A program made the translations under genes and the position numbers. Positions 38,914 through 51,900 of a stretch of 64,000 bases of DNA are shown here, piece by piece (position 1 is the stretch's first letter; every line of letters begins with the position of its first letter). The notes beneath the pieces were generated by a model, which ran no database searches, was not told where the DNA came from, and worked only from the letters and a program-made list of their open reading frames with translations. The stretch comes from Raillietiella orientalis. Lineage: Eukaryota. The DNA lies in assembly GCA_036172245.1 (NCBI GenBank), contig JAYWIR010000008.1, positions 558,001 to 622,000 of the forward strand, read 5' to 3'.

Positions 38914-41387
38914 ATTTTCTCTCTCCATGGTATGGTTTCGGGTAACATTCCCATTCTTTCCAAACATCCTGTCGAGATCGATATCCACAAGCTTGATTTC
39001 AACAGCCTGCCTGGCTCCTTCTTCAGCCTTGTCGAATCGTCCCTTAGAGGTTGTCTTTGGAGACTATCAAGGTAAAGGTTTCCCTCCCAAGTTTAAGAGG
39101 AAAAGGCTTCTTTAGAGGTCTTCTCGTATTCATGGAGAAACTTCTGTCTTCAAAAGACAACACGCGCCCTTGGAGGGTGTGGTCAGCGTCAAAGTGTTCC
39201 GTCAGCCCGTAGACGAACGTTTCTTCAGGACATGGCGGACCCCAAAATGGAAAACGCGAAAAGAAAGAAAAGCCATAGAAAGCTGGGAAGCAAACAGGGA
39301 AACAGGAAAAAGCCTGGAGAACGTCCATCAGCATCACCAAAAGGTGATGCTTACGTGAAGCAGAGGAACCCCGTCGAACGACAGATGGAGCAATAGTGGC
39401 TCCTGATGTTCACGAGATGACGATGAGATGACAACATCAGTTAATTTGCAGTAGACTTTCAGGTCGGATCCACAAGGCTCCAGAATCATCTGGAGCTGGC
39501 CATCATGCGCTGCGGATCCATCAAAGTAAACCCATAAGAGATTTGAGTGATGCGGCGGTTCTCAACAAAACTGACTGATTTTGATAGATTTGGAAATGGT
39601 CTGATGAATTCATGGTTGCCTCCCAAAATGCAGACTGCTCATAGGGATGTTTACTCTATGATGGTTATCATTTCCTCTTCTTTCAACCTCTCTTAATTTG
39701 TATCCGCAGCCTTACTGTTATCCCTGAAGAGTTGCCATGGATACTCTGCATTCGTTCCACACCTTGTTCTTCCTTCAGCAGTTCGCACCTGCGTTGTGGC
39801 AGTGAGCTCAGCTCATTGAGAGATTTGACCCGATATTCTGGAACCACTTCATCTCACACCCTGTTCCTTCGCTTGTCGCAAGAACGGGACTTCTATGACT
39901 CGAAATCGAGATGCATTTTGGTGTAGCACTGAGATTATGGAAACTCACCTCACGGATCGCCGTGAGCACATTTCAGTTTTTCAGTCTCATTTTTTCGTCT
40001 TTCCGGTCTCCAAGATGTCGTTTCCCGATTTTGGCAAGTTCCTTAGGAACCGGGAAAGTGGTTCTTATTCGTGAATTCCGGAAAATAAACCAGTACATGT
40101 AGCGTCCTGGACTCTGAAGCACGCAGCTTTTGCTTGTGCCGCAGAAACGGCTCCCAGCCGGTGCCCAAACGTGGCAAACTGCTTAGAAACTAAAAGCATC
40201 CCGTAGGTGCCTGTGAGAATGGGGACTCGTGAGATTGGGAGTGGTCGCAGTGTTCGCATCTTTGTTGACGGCATCTGCGTTGAAAAAAAGTGCTCGAAGA
40301 GATGAAGATGGAAGCCTCTTGTCGTCTTCGACTCGTCCTCACGACGCCACCGTGTGCTCCTGCGAGTTTTTTTCGGTGCGGGCAGCCATCCATCCGAGGT
40401 TCCCGATATGCCTGCTGGGAACGCTGGATGCTCTAGCGTACCATTCCTTTCTTACGCGCTCTACCAGCTCCTTTAAAACGTTGAATTCTCCCAGACGTTT
40501 CTGTGTCATTGGACAGCGATCCCGAGACTGTGTACAGGAGGTTCCCTAAGCAGCGTCCAGAATGAGCGGTCGTCTCGAAGGGATAACAAAGGACGTCTAG
40601 CGATTGACACTCCCGGTATGCGCAGATGACCACCTCTTCTTCATAGATGGCAAGGCGTTTCTGGAAATAGCCAGGTCGATGTAAGAAGAGCTGGGCTTGC
40701 TTACGACGCTATGTCCAAACTGCTAACCACCGGGATCCCGGTCTTGGCGGCAAGGAGACTAGTAGCGGTGGAGAGATCAAGTATATGGGCACCCACATTC
40801 ACGCTCCGGCTTCCAAAATTCGGTGGAAAGACATCTTTTGTGGTTCTCATAAGAAAAAGCGATGATGTACAGCTTCTGTGGTCTCTCCTGGCAACCAAAG
40901 GTCAACTGTCGGGGCAGCGTCCCGCCTCCCAGGGTGCTGTTCAAAGCAGTCCGCTGGCTGTGCAGTAAGGAAGGACATGAAGCAGCAGTCCCTGAAAGTT
41001 TGACGGAATTCTCTGAGAAGGGATAGGGGAATTGAAGAACTCATGTCGCCCAAGGGAGAAAGGCGATGCCAGGATGAAGCCGTTGCAGCATGGGATCCAG
41101 CTCCTGTACTCGCGGAAGCTCCTAGAAACCATGGAATGCGGGAACGAGTACCTATGCGCTGCGCATAGGGTGCACTCCGAAGTGATGAGTGACTCCGGAG
41201 GCCTCATGACGGCGTCGTTATAAAAAAGCAGGCCAGTGGGCCAGCAGTTATTTCATGAGGTAAGAGAGAAAGTGTTGGCTGACACCATCCGGCTAAGGGT
41301 GCTCCCAAGGTCATGGGAAGGAGCCCTGGGAGGAATTCCTTGTTTTGGTAATTCCCTTCTTTCCCGCTGCTTGCACAGAGGCGGGGC
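38914..41387 (-). mobile_element. Decayed APE-RT non-LTR retrotransposon fragment
   Basis: APE-like SYIDLAIS at ~40690-40665; 39465-39525 is a diverged homolog of 26655-26715. Confidence 0.4.
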
Positions 41388-43204
41388 CGTGACCCTGGAG
41401 CCACACGCTCACGTTGACTCGAGATCAGAGCGCCTTCATTCGTCTTTCGAGCCTCCAGCTTGGACCGCATAGCCGCCGCCCTTACTCTGGCCCACGTGAC
41501 CCCTTCCCGAATTAAGGTAGCGGTCCCCAAGGGACGCTCTCCCGAAGGAAATCGCGCAGCGGGAAAAGCGCGAAAGCCAGCCTCCCTGCACCCTCTGCAC
41601 CTAACGCTTTCCCATTCTACATCGCAGGGTCTCGTTCGTTTCCTTCCTCTCTTCCCGATCGCTCCACCTGCCCTTCGCTGCACTTCGCTGCGTCCGAATC
41701 TCCCGTCACTCATTCCAGAACTTCCGGGATTCGAGTCGAAGCTTTTCTCGCATCCGTTGTCTCCTCAGGGAATGCTGTGACCGTAGGTTCCCTCGACGGA
41801 AAGAGAGAGCGACTTTGCTGACTGGCGCGGCGGACCCGCGGCGGAAACGGGAGGCCTACAGCGTGCGTCGTTCCAGGAGCTCGTCCCACAAAAGCGACGG
41901 GAGCGCGGTGGCGACGGATCTTCCCCTCAAAAACGGAGAAACTCTTGCGCCTACGTCCGAACTGTCCTCGTTTATGGGTGGTGGACTGAACCTTCTGGCG
42001 CTGGACTACGGTTGAGGCGTCAACGCCAAATTAGTAACCATTCCCTCGCGGAGAATTTAGGGACCGCACCATGGCGCGTTCCAGCACGCCCCCTCGCCAA
42101 GAAAGCGAGCAACCGGCTGCGAGGGATTCCCATCGGTCCTCGTCGCCCTCGAGCCACTTTTAAGATACTGTGGCCAACAACTCCGGCAAATGGTTGTCGC
42201 TTGGGTGAAGGAGAACACCTGGATCTCCTGCCTCCCCGCGAACTGCAGTGCCTGGTTGCAGGAGTGAGTTGCCTCATGGAACGGAGGGAGGTCTGCGGAA
42301 GTTCGCCTGCCTGCAGGGAGGTGGGATCGCTCGGCAGTCGCTGCAGCAGATGGTGTCCAACGCGCTCAAGATGCTGTGGGCTTCCTCCCCTGTGCTGCCC
42401 TCCCTGAAGAACGCGACTTCACTTCCCACCAACAAGGTGGGAAGTGATGTCCTGCATTGCAGCAAAAAAAGAAACTTCTGGATGCGTGCACAACTCGGGA
42501 GATCACGGACGCTGCGACCCCGAGTGTCCCGCCTTCGGAACCTCCGCGCTGGAGAGAGCTGCTTGCAAATCCTCCGGAGGAGGTCAAGCGGCCTCCAGCG
42601 TGATGGAACAGCGGCGCACTCCTTTCTCTAGTGGCGGGAGTTGGCGTTGCTGGTGCCGCATGGGGAATCCCATGCAAAGCGCGGCTTCAGCATTGGACAC
42701 GGGGGAGCGTGGGCTCTCAGTGCGACAGGTTCGAGAAGAAGGAAACCCTCCCGCACCTGCTGCTAGACTGCGTCTGCTCTCCGATCCCTTTGCGATTGCC
42801 TTGCGACGGCACTAGGAATCCCAGATCAGCCGCAGGGACATTTTGAAACGCCTCTTTGTGCGTGTTGCAGTGCCACCAGCCGCGTCCGTCGCTGCTCTCT
42901 GCTGTTTTCGCGGGATGGTGGCGGCTTGGAAGGCAGGAAAAAGATGTCAAAATGGCAGGGACGTCATTTCCTGGTCGGAAATCGCCATGAGGATTTCCTC
43001 AAGATGGCCCCACCTGGACAACAACCAGAACGGACTTGCCAGCATCCTGGACGGGATGCTGAGGACGTCTCGCAGCCAGCAGTGATCCCTCGCTCCCTCG
43101 TTCCCCCTCACCCTTCCCGAGAACAACCTTCCCTCCTTTTTTTTTGTCACTTTATTTTTGTTTCCAGTTTACCCTTTCCTTTCGCTCCCGGAGCGCACCT
43201 CGCC
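41388..43204 (+). repeat. Segmental duplication block B, copy 2
   Basis: Matches 30473-32289; ORF translations identical. Confidence 0.9.
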
Positions 43205-44365
43205 AGCTGCGTGCCGTAAGTAGGCAAGTTCATGCGCGTGATAGAATCACGTGTTCCACCACAAAAATGCGTTCTCATTATTATGAGTGCCCCGGTATAA
43301 CCAGGTGGAAGACCCGTCCTCGCTGCGGCGACTCCTCTGCTGCTCTCCCCGGGTTCGTTTACTTTGAAGAGAGTGCGTGCCGGAGGGTGTTAGGAGTTGG
43401 ACCCTGCGAATCAAGTTCCGCAACTCCAGCTGCAGATCACCCTCTCGCTGCCACCGCGTAAAGTCGAGGCCCTGCTGGAGTCCTCGTCGGATCTCGCGGA
43501 TCAAGAAGCCGCCTCGCTTGTTGGGTCCTGGAGGGGCAGAGTGTTCTGAAAAAGATCGGCTTGCAATCGTTCGAGGCGGGAGGGGACCGCTCTCGATTGA
43601 GCAGGCACAAAAGCGGCAGAGCACTCGCTCGTCGAGCAGACGCCCTCGACGACTGGAGGAAGGGGAAGGGTGTGATATCCCGAATTGGCCCGTGAAAGTG
43701 CCACGTTTTCTAGGGGTCATCCCGGGTTGACTTTCCTTCCACTCCTACCGGCCTCCACCTAGGCTGGAATGCCGTCAAACTCCAACGGGAGCGGGGTGAG
43801 CCGGGTGCCGAGGTCTCCGAGTTGCGACGGCGTCTCCACTGAGGCTCAAGCTGCTCCTAGGACGCTGCCGCAGCACCCGCTCCCACTCTCCATGACCTGT
43901 GCAGGCCGCCGATGAGGGCGGAGTGAGGGACGCTGTGAGGACTACGTCCTCCCGGCTCCTTGTTGCCAACTCGGTGACTGCCCTCCTCCAAGGTTGGCTG
44001 GCAGGCCGACCCATACGATAGCGCGGGCAGGGGGGATAGCAGAGAAGAGCTGAGTCGAGTCTAAGGGAGCGGCAGACTGGCTAGGCTCCGTTTGGCCAAG
44101 GTGGGGGTGAATGGGGTGAGGGGTGAGACGAGAGCTCACTCAAGAGCAGCATCCTTCTTGTTCCACAAGAAGCGGAGTGGACCGCGCCGGGTGCTGCCCT
44201 CTCCTCTTCCGGTGGAAGCAACGGAAGCGACGACGACGCTGTCACTCCCGCCCCGACAAGAAAGCTAGAACTTCCGGAAGGCTCCTGCGCGGGAACGAAG
44301 CGGTCCGGCGGTCGGGCCACGAGGCGAGCAGGTCGCCGCCAGCCCGGAAGGCACGCCGCACTTTT

Positions 44366-45246
44366 CTACGCTTCCTCCTCCTCCTCTCCCTGGACCGCGA
44401 AATACATCTCGTGGCAGCCGAAGCTCCTCTCCCCTCTCTTTAGCTCGACCTTCAGGTAGTATTCGCCCGGGACGGGGTAGTGGTCCCCGAACAGGAGGCG
44501 CACGCGTATCGACCGGATGCTCTTCTTTCCCTTGGAGATGGGACAGCTGCAGAGGACGCCCTGCTCCTTCCACTTCTGCGAGCAAGAGTCTCTGAAAAAG
44601 TCGTTGTACGCCTTGCACGCATCCTCGAGGTGGCAAGCTCCCGACCCATGCAGGCACGGGATCGTGATCCAGTAGCTAGCCAAGTTGTAGGCGAGCTCCA
44701 TCGTCGCCTGGAATGAGCGGCAGCGTTCAGCAGAGGAAGCAGTCCGGCGGACCGTCCTACGGATGTCTCGCCCCGGAAGGGCTCCAGAAGCCGGAACCGG
44801 CTGCTGATGAACACATCCTCGGATGGCCTGATCGGGTCGGGGATGATGCGGAAGTGGCTGATGACCAAGGGGTCGCCGGAGCTCCCACACGACTGGAACA
44901 TGAAGCCCCGCCAAGGAGTGGACTCGAGAGAGATAGAAAGAGATGCATTCAGTGAGGACCACCGTCGCGGAGGAGCGGCGACCACGCGCGATTGTGCCCC
45001 ATCCCCATCCCTCACCCTGACCCGGAGCGCCGGCGCACACGATACCTGGGCGGGAGTCTGATCCTTGACCTTGGTCTCCCTCGCCACCTCTTGCACGAAC
45101 GACAGGTTCCACGAGCCGAAGAAGTCCGCGGCCCACCGGACGCGGGAGTCGAGCCGCCGCGAGGCTCCGAGCTCGCTCGAAGACGGGAGGGGGGCCAGGA
45201 AAAGGAGGAGGGGGAAGAAGGGGCCTGCGAACGCTCTCTGAAGCAT
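44366..45246 (-). CDS. GM2 ganglioside activator-like (ML-domain) protein, divergent paralog 3, ~234 aa
   Basis: Exons 45246-45046 (alternative ATG 45294), 44922-44761, 44707-44366. Signal peptide MLQRAFAGPFFPLLLFLAPLPSSS; FMFQSCGSSGDPLVISHFRIIPDPI, WITIPCLHGSGACHLEDAC, DSCSQKWKEQGVLCSCPISKG, GEYYLKVEL...FGCHE carry the full 8-Cys GM2A pattern. The first acceptor (GAG) is weak and that 123-nt intron is in frame. Confidence 0.85.
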
Positions 45247-45949
45247 CCGTTGCTGTACCCGTCGCCGCCGCTGGGAGGCGAAGGCCAACATCATCCGCGG
45301 AGCGGGAGGAACACGGAACGACTGGTTGCCTGCAGCTTCATTCCGAAACACAAAAGGCCCTGTAAGTCAGAGATCCCCGGGAGGGTGGAGGAGGAGGGGA
45401 GTGGGGAGGCGCTTCCTCTTTGACAGGAGATGGGGAATGCGTGCATTTCTCCCCGTGCCAGGGCGGGCGGCGTCTCCCGCGGAACGCGCGTTCGTCGCGG
45501 ATTCGGGCAATCGGCGAGCGCTCGCGATCGAACGAAAGATCGCGCGAGAGAAGGCCGCAGAGGATGTCCGGAACGCGTTCACCTGCAGCAGCGCTCACAG
45601 CAAGCGCGGTAGGAGGATTTCTCGGTCCAGGGAGAGGAGGAGGAGGAGGCACAGGACCTGCCTTCCAGGCTAGTTGCGGCCTGCTCGCCTCGAGGTCCGA
45701 CTGCCGGACCGTTTTGTTCCTGCGCAGGAGCCCCCCTTCTTCTCAGGGCGCCGCCGGCGCTCCCATCACCGTCCCCGGAAGAGGAAAGGAAAGTACTCTG
45801 GGACTCGCCCGAAACCGAGCAGGAGCGAAGCGGCGGGCCTTCCCTCGAAGCCTACCGAGAAGGAAGGCGCGAGGGGGCACTCGCGCGAACCTGGACGCTT
45901 CGCCGTGGACCGATCCCGACGGGACGATAAAGGAATTTTCGTTTCCCTG

Positions 45950-48900
45950 AGCGTCAACGCGACATCCCCCGCCGGTGCGCGCGCCGCGAGAAGCTTCACG
46001 TAGCAGTGCAGCATCCGTCCCTCCGTAGCACCGAGTTCCCTGTGATCCTACCAGAGTGCAGTCAACTCTACAGCATCCGACTCTTCCCCTGCCACTTGAG
46101 CGGCTCGATTTCCACGCGGCGACCACCCCGGAGTGACGCATCGGTGACCACCCCCATCTCTTCCTGTTATGACCACCATTACGCTGCCCATCATCGTTGT
46201 CGACACCTTGGGGGTGGAATGGGGAGAAGCTAAGCAGGAGGTCGAGCTTTTCATCAGCTCCCGGGAGCAGCTGCTCTCGGACGTCGCCTCCCACGGCATG
46301 CGCTTGTTGTCATGGAGACAAGCACTGATGTTTCCCTGGCAAAGGGTTCGCAGCCCAGAGAGACGGAGAGAGAAAAGAAGGGGAAAAATCAGCCTGTTGA
46401 CCAGCAGCGACTTGGACCGCGGACGGAATCTGATCCCATCCTCGCGCATTCCGACCCACTCGCAGAAACCTCCCTGAGGGCATCGCTCTTAGACTGAGCC
46501 TTTTCGTAGGAGAGCGTGGGTGCGGCCACAGAGATATGGTGGGCAGCGACCTTTCCATTTGGTCATCGTTCCAGGGTCCGCAGCTCTCGGGGCGGGATAT
46601 ACCCAGGAACCGCTGCTCCTGAACGCAAAATGAGGACGGCAGCGTCCTGGACGTGCCGCGAGTGGACGCAGCTCGTGGCTTCGGGGCGAGGTGGCGCGCA
46701 GGCACGGGCAGAGCGGGGGAGAGGGTGGGCGCAAGTGTCCTGGCTGGTTCCCTGCCGAGTCCGTGAGGTGGGGTTCGCCTTGTGTGGGGTGTTGAGGTCA
46801 GTCCCGGTCCCAAAGGCCAAGAAGTTGGCCGAGGGCGCCGCGGCTCCGAGTGCGTCTCTCTGGAAGGCCGGGGTCGCGCAGGACACGACCGAGCCGACGG
46901 GCGGCTGAGACGGCACCAGTGTGCCAGGGAGGAGGACGCGCGGGACCAGGAGGCGATTCTTGCTCCAGGGGCAACTGCCGCGCGCGCCGGTGGGCCTGCG
47001 TACCCGCGTGTTCTGGTCGCCACGCGGTAGCACCCGAGGCCAGACGCTCCTCTTTCGGTTTGCCTCGCTTCCGCCTTCCGGAGATGAGGCAGACCTCTCT
47101 CTTCTGCAGCTCTTGTAGAGGGATCTCTGGCTGGAGGCAGGGAAATTCCTTCGCGCTCGGTTCCCGGAGGACCAAGTGAAAAGTTGGCGGCTGGGGAAAC
47201 CCGAGACACCGGCGCCAATTCCTCGCCCGCGCGTGCGCCTCCAGTCTTCCGGTTGTCGTCGTCGGAGAGGAGGCATCTCTTCCCGCTTCCGTGGGGTCAG
47301 TCTCGTTTCGATCCGAGCAGCGATCCCTCGGACCTGTAGGTGCCCTTTCCTTTTCTTGGCGCTCCAGTTTTTTTTTGGGGGGGTTGGGAGGGTGAGGGCG
47401 AGCAGGAGAACCGATGGCAGCACTGCTTATTGTTGCAGGAAGATTCGAGGGGGAGTCTCCGAAGTTGGCAACGTCCACGTAGGCGCTCGCCGGCTGCCTT
47501 GGCAACGGAAACGAGTCGTCGTCAGAGCGTCAGCAGCGGCATCTCCGTGAAGCATCCCGTTGAGAAGCATCGTTTGGCGGAGGAGCGATCTCTCCCCTTG
47601 TCTCACTCTCGGCGCTTCGACTCACTGATGGGAAGGTCACTGACCTGAGGCGTCACATGGGAAGCCATCCAAGGGGAACAATCCAAGCTCGCTCGAATCA
47701 GAATAACGTCGAAGGGAAGCCCTCGGCAACCTCGGAGGATGCCGGAATGTGCGTATCATCTTCGCCTCCGCCCACCAGGGTGCATAACGCTTCTCTCCGC
47801 ATGACCGGTTGCTTCCCGGTCGCGGAGGTGGGAGGAGCACCCGCCACCCACCGAGCACCTCGAGGCAACCACAGGCGATGCCTCGACCGCGTCCGCCTAG
47901 CCCTGCCCGGAGCCAGCGCGGCGGAGCGGGTACGCAGCCTCTCTCCAGGGGTCCTGCGCTTTGGGGGATGGAGGAAGCGCCTGCCGTCGCAGAAAGGGGT
48001 GCGCGCGTGATGACCTCGGAGGGGCAGCTGCAAGGTCGGCACTCGCGTGGTCACGTGGCGAATCGCGCGAGGGGCTGGCGGACGGCACCGCCGAACAGCC
48101 CGATCCGGGAACCCACGTACACCTCGGGACTTATCGAGGGGAGGTCGCGCTTTTTCGGAGGTCCAAGGTGCGCATCAGCTTGCTCCCGACCTCCGCTTCC
48201 GGGGGATGGGCAGCTTCGGTCCCTGTCACTCGCTCGTTTCTCCCGCGCATCCCTGGCGCTGCTTCAGAGTTCGGGGAAGAGAGGGGGGGGGGGAACCTGC
48301 CGATCCACACTGAGGCGTCGGATGCTCTGCGCCCGAACGCTAGCGTGATGTGCGTGCTCCCGGCCTCATCGCTGTTTTTTCTCCACCCTGCAGGGCAAGG
48401 GAAGTGCGTGCAGCTATCCCGCGCGTTTCGCCATACTGAGGATACGCGACTTTGACCCGTGATCCAGAGAGAAATCGCCTCTTGTTCCGGTGCACAGACC
48501 TATCAGCCCGGAAGCGGCGGCATGGAGCAAAAGACCACAGATCCGAGGGCTCTCTGACAGCAAGGGGGGGAATGGTGATGCGGCATCCGGCTCCACCCTC
48601 GACGCACCCTCTTGCGAAGAGATATCCACCCTTGCGCGCCACGGAGTGCGCGGCCCACTCTTGGGAGTGGAGAAGCCTCGCGCCATCGCCTACGGGCAGA
48701 AGACGTCCGGGCCCGATGAACACTTCCCGAAGGCCAAGTGGGGTGTAAGTGCCCCGGTCACCACCCGCTCCGGATGCCGCCGTCTGAGGACGTTACTGCG
48801 CGAACCTTTATGGGAAAGGAGGGGGGACTACAATAGTGACCTGGCGAGAACACACGCGCCGCTTGGACCCTGCGGCGATGGCCTTGGGGAGGGAGCAGCG

Positions 48901-51900
48901 GACCTACCGAGCGCCATCCCGCGGAGCCTTCAGGCGCGCTTGCTTGCTTATCCGCTGCAGATGCTCCAACCGACGCAAAGATCTCATCCCTGCCTCCGGC
49001 GCCTGTGGCGAGGGTTGTTCTCACAGGGCACAGCTCAGAAGGGCGCCTGGCGCCTGCGTGAGTGGCCGCCGCCATGTGGAGCGCAAGACCTTGGGCTTCT
49101 CAGCAGGGATCCACGAGCAGCAGCAGCGCAGAGTGTGTGGTCCGCTTCGTCGTGAGTTTGGCCCAGATGATCACCTCATTTGCCTGCTTTTGGAAAGCGC
49201 CACAGGTGCAACGGTCCTCCTCCGGTAGGGCAGGTGAGAATCCTCCCTGTCCTGGAGGCAGTGGGAAGGGAAACAGGCCCCTAGTTTGCCCTACCGAACC
49301 CACAGCTCTGCCTCGTGGGCCAGGGAGAAAGCAGCTTCGTTCCCTCCCTGCATTGGGAAGGGACTCCTGGAGCCAGAGGAGGCTGTTCGAAGGACCAGAC
49401 GGGAAGGAGAGAAGACGCCAACGTCCTGCCTGCCGTTTCCGAAGACCCGTCCTCCCGGCGTAGGGAACGCAGACAGGCCGGACTTGGGCGCTTGGGCTCG
49501 CGCTCTCGTCCCGGACTCAGTAAATCCCGGTGGACGCACCGTCGGGACGGAACACTTCCGACCCTCAGTGGGGATAAGTCCTCCTCCACGACCCCGCGAT
49601 CATGACCGCCTCTCCCATCTCGCCAGCAAAATCGGTGCGTCCCGGAGCCGGGAAGAGCTCCGGAAACTCAGGAGGGAGATGACCGTCGCAGCACCGGAGA
49701 CTGCGGGAGGAATACGCTCGCTCAAGAGCCGATTGGCTGCAGAGACCGGAGGACCGCCTTCCCACCCTCCCGAAAAGATCGCAGACGCGTCGGGAAGCTA
49801 ACGGGCGGGTGGCGGGAGGAGTCGGGCGGGTCTCCGAGGGAAACGCCGCGGGCGTTGGAGGGGGCCCAGGATCTTTCGCCTCTGGGAGAGCGGTAACGAG
49901 CGAGAGCTCCCGGGGGCCGCCTCCGCCCGGCAGGACCTACATCGGTCCCACGACATCTCTCCGAGGCTACGTCAGGGATGGTCCCGTTCGGGACTCTCAG
50001 CTCCTCCTCAAGTTCGGAGGGAGCTCCTTGCTTCGAGAGTGGCTCCAGGTCCCGGATGCCCGACAGAAGCTGGAGGGGCATGGAAGCTGCCCGAAGTTCC
50101 CTCGGCGCGCGCGCGCAGACCCTGAGACTCTGCGGGACCGAGACCGGGAGTCGAAAGCTCCTCCACGTCGGCAGATTGCCTCCATTTTGGGAAAATCTCC
50201 GGCTTCTCTTGCGCGAGAACCATACTGGGCTCAAGGACCGCCGGCGGCTTCCTTCTCCCCCCCGCGCCGAGATAGGGAGGTGTCCGGCTCGTTGGCGACC
50301 AATCCAGTCTTCCGATCCACCCGAGGCTCCCATCGTCGCGCCGCAGCAGCATCCATGTACAGCCGAGCCTCGCCGTGCTCCCCACCTCTGAGTTCTTCCT
50401 GCTGCTCCTGCCCGAGGGCACGCCTCTCTCGCTCCTCGCGCTGTCGCGGCTCACCTCGCTCTCCGGAGAGCAGCAGCTCGCGAGGGGACTGCCTGCCGCA
50501 ACCCCAGGAAGGGGCGCAAGCGTGGTGACCTCGGAGGAGCAGCTGCGGGGTCAGTGCTCGCGTCTGGTCACGTGGCGCATCGCACGAGGCGCTGGCGGAA
50601 GGCGCTGCCGACCAGGCCGACTCGGGAACCCGCTCACACTTCGGGTCGATCGAGAGGTCTCGCGTTTTCGAGGTCCAAAGGCACGTCTGCTCGCTTCCTG
50701 TTGCCTTCGCTTCGGTGGATTTCCTGCGTCGCCTCCAGTCCTCCATTCCACCCTGGTCTCCGGCAAAGACTGCTGCCAAATCCGAGAGGCAGTGGCCAAG
50801 CCCAAAGGAGTTTTGCCACGTGTGTTTTGCAACCGCGAGCAGGCTCTACCCTCGTTCTCAGCCACAAGGCGTGCTTGCGGTTGGCATGGCAGCCCTGCGC
50901 GCTCCCCTCCTCCCTTCCCTTTGGGACTCTTGTCTCGGGATTCTGAGGATGGTCAAGGGAGTACAGCTGGAGCCGCGGGCAGCGCAGAGGTCACGCTTCG
51001 GGGCGTTCGCGGCGCAAACGCCATGAGTGCAAGGGAGGGGAGCTGCACGTAGCCCCTGTTCTAGAGTCCTCCTTCACCCTCTTTTCAGTCGAGACACTGG
51101 ATAAACGCCGCAGGGCGGTCCAAGGGCTGGCTGGATTTCCTTCGCGACGCACTTCCCTCGGGAAGGGGGGGCGGGCAGTCCTTTGCACTCCCTTAAGGCG
51201 GCTACGCTGCACGCTTCTCGGGCATGCACGAGACGCGTATGTGCGAGCCTCGCCCGCTTCTGTCCTCACGAGGAGCCGCATCGCTACGGAAGAGTTTCGT
51301 CCCGGGCAGACTGCGCATCCTGATTGGGGCCAGGTTGATGTGGTCCCCACTACAGCTGCTGCCCGCTTCCGGGCAAGCAAAAGCTGCCCCTCCAGGCTCT
51401 TTCACGCAGGCTGAGGAATCCCTCGTCTTCCCGGATGCGGGAGAACCCCAGAGTCAGGTAAGGGTCCCCGGCTCCTGCAGCCCGCAACCCCATTGGTCTT
51501 CTGTGTGGACCACCGGCTAGATCACCCACCTGATCTGATCGTGCATCGGAGAGTCACTACCTCCACTGACTGACTCCAAAGCACGCTGTGGGCGAAGGCT
51601 CATGGCCGTGTGGCAGTGGCGGGCCTTCTCTTGCAGACAGTCGTCTCGCGCAGTGAGCTCGCCGTGATGCACTTGGGCACCACGTCCCCACCCCTCCACT
51701 TCCGTGTTCCTGGAGGGCGCGCAAGGGTGTGGGGAGGGCTGCCTCTACATTGCTCCTCCGTAGGGCTGCGCCCTGTTTTGAACATGAGTCTAGGCGCACC
51801 AGGGGATCTCGTGCAGAGGAATGCGTGAGTCAGAAGGCGCTAGAACTCCTGGAACGGCAGCGTGGACCCCTCCGGCCCAATTCCGGGACCCTCTTGCTGT

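Noticed and set aside
46006..46477. Possible fourth ML-domain gene (TITLPIIVVDTLGVEW...)
   Set aside because: No signal peptide or Cys pattern; fits better as a decayed zinc-knuckle/RLE C-terminus of a retroelement.
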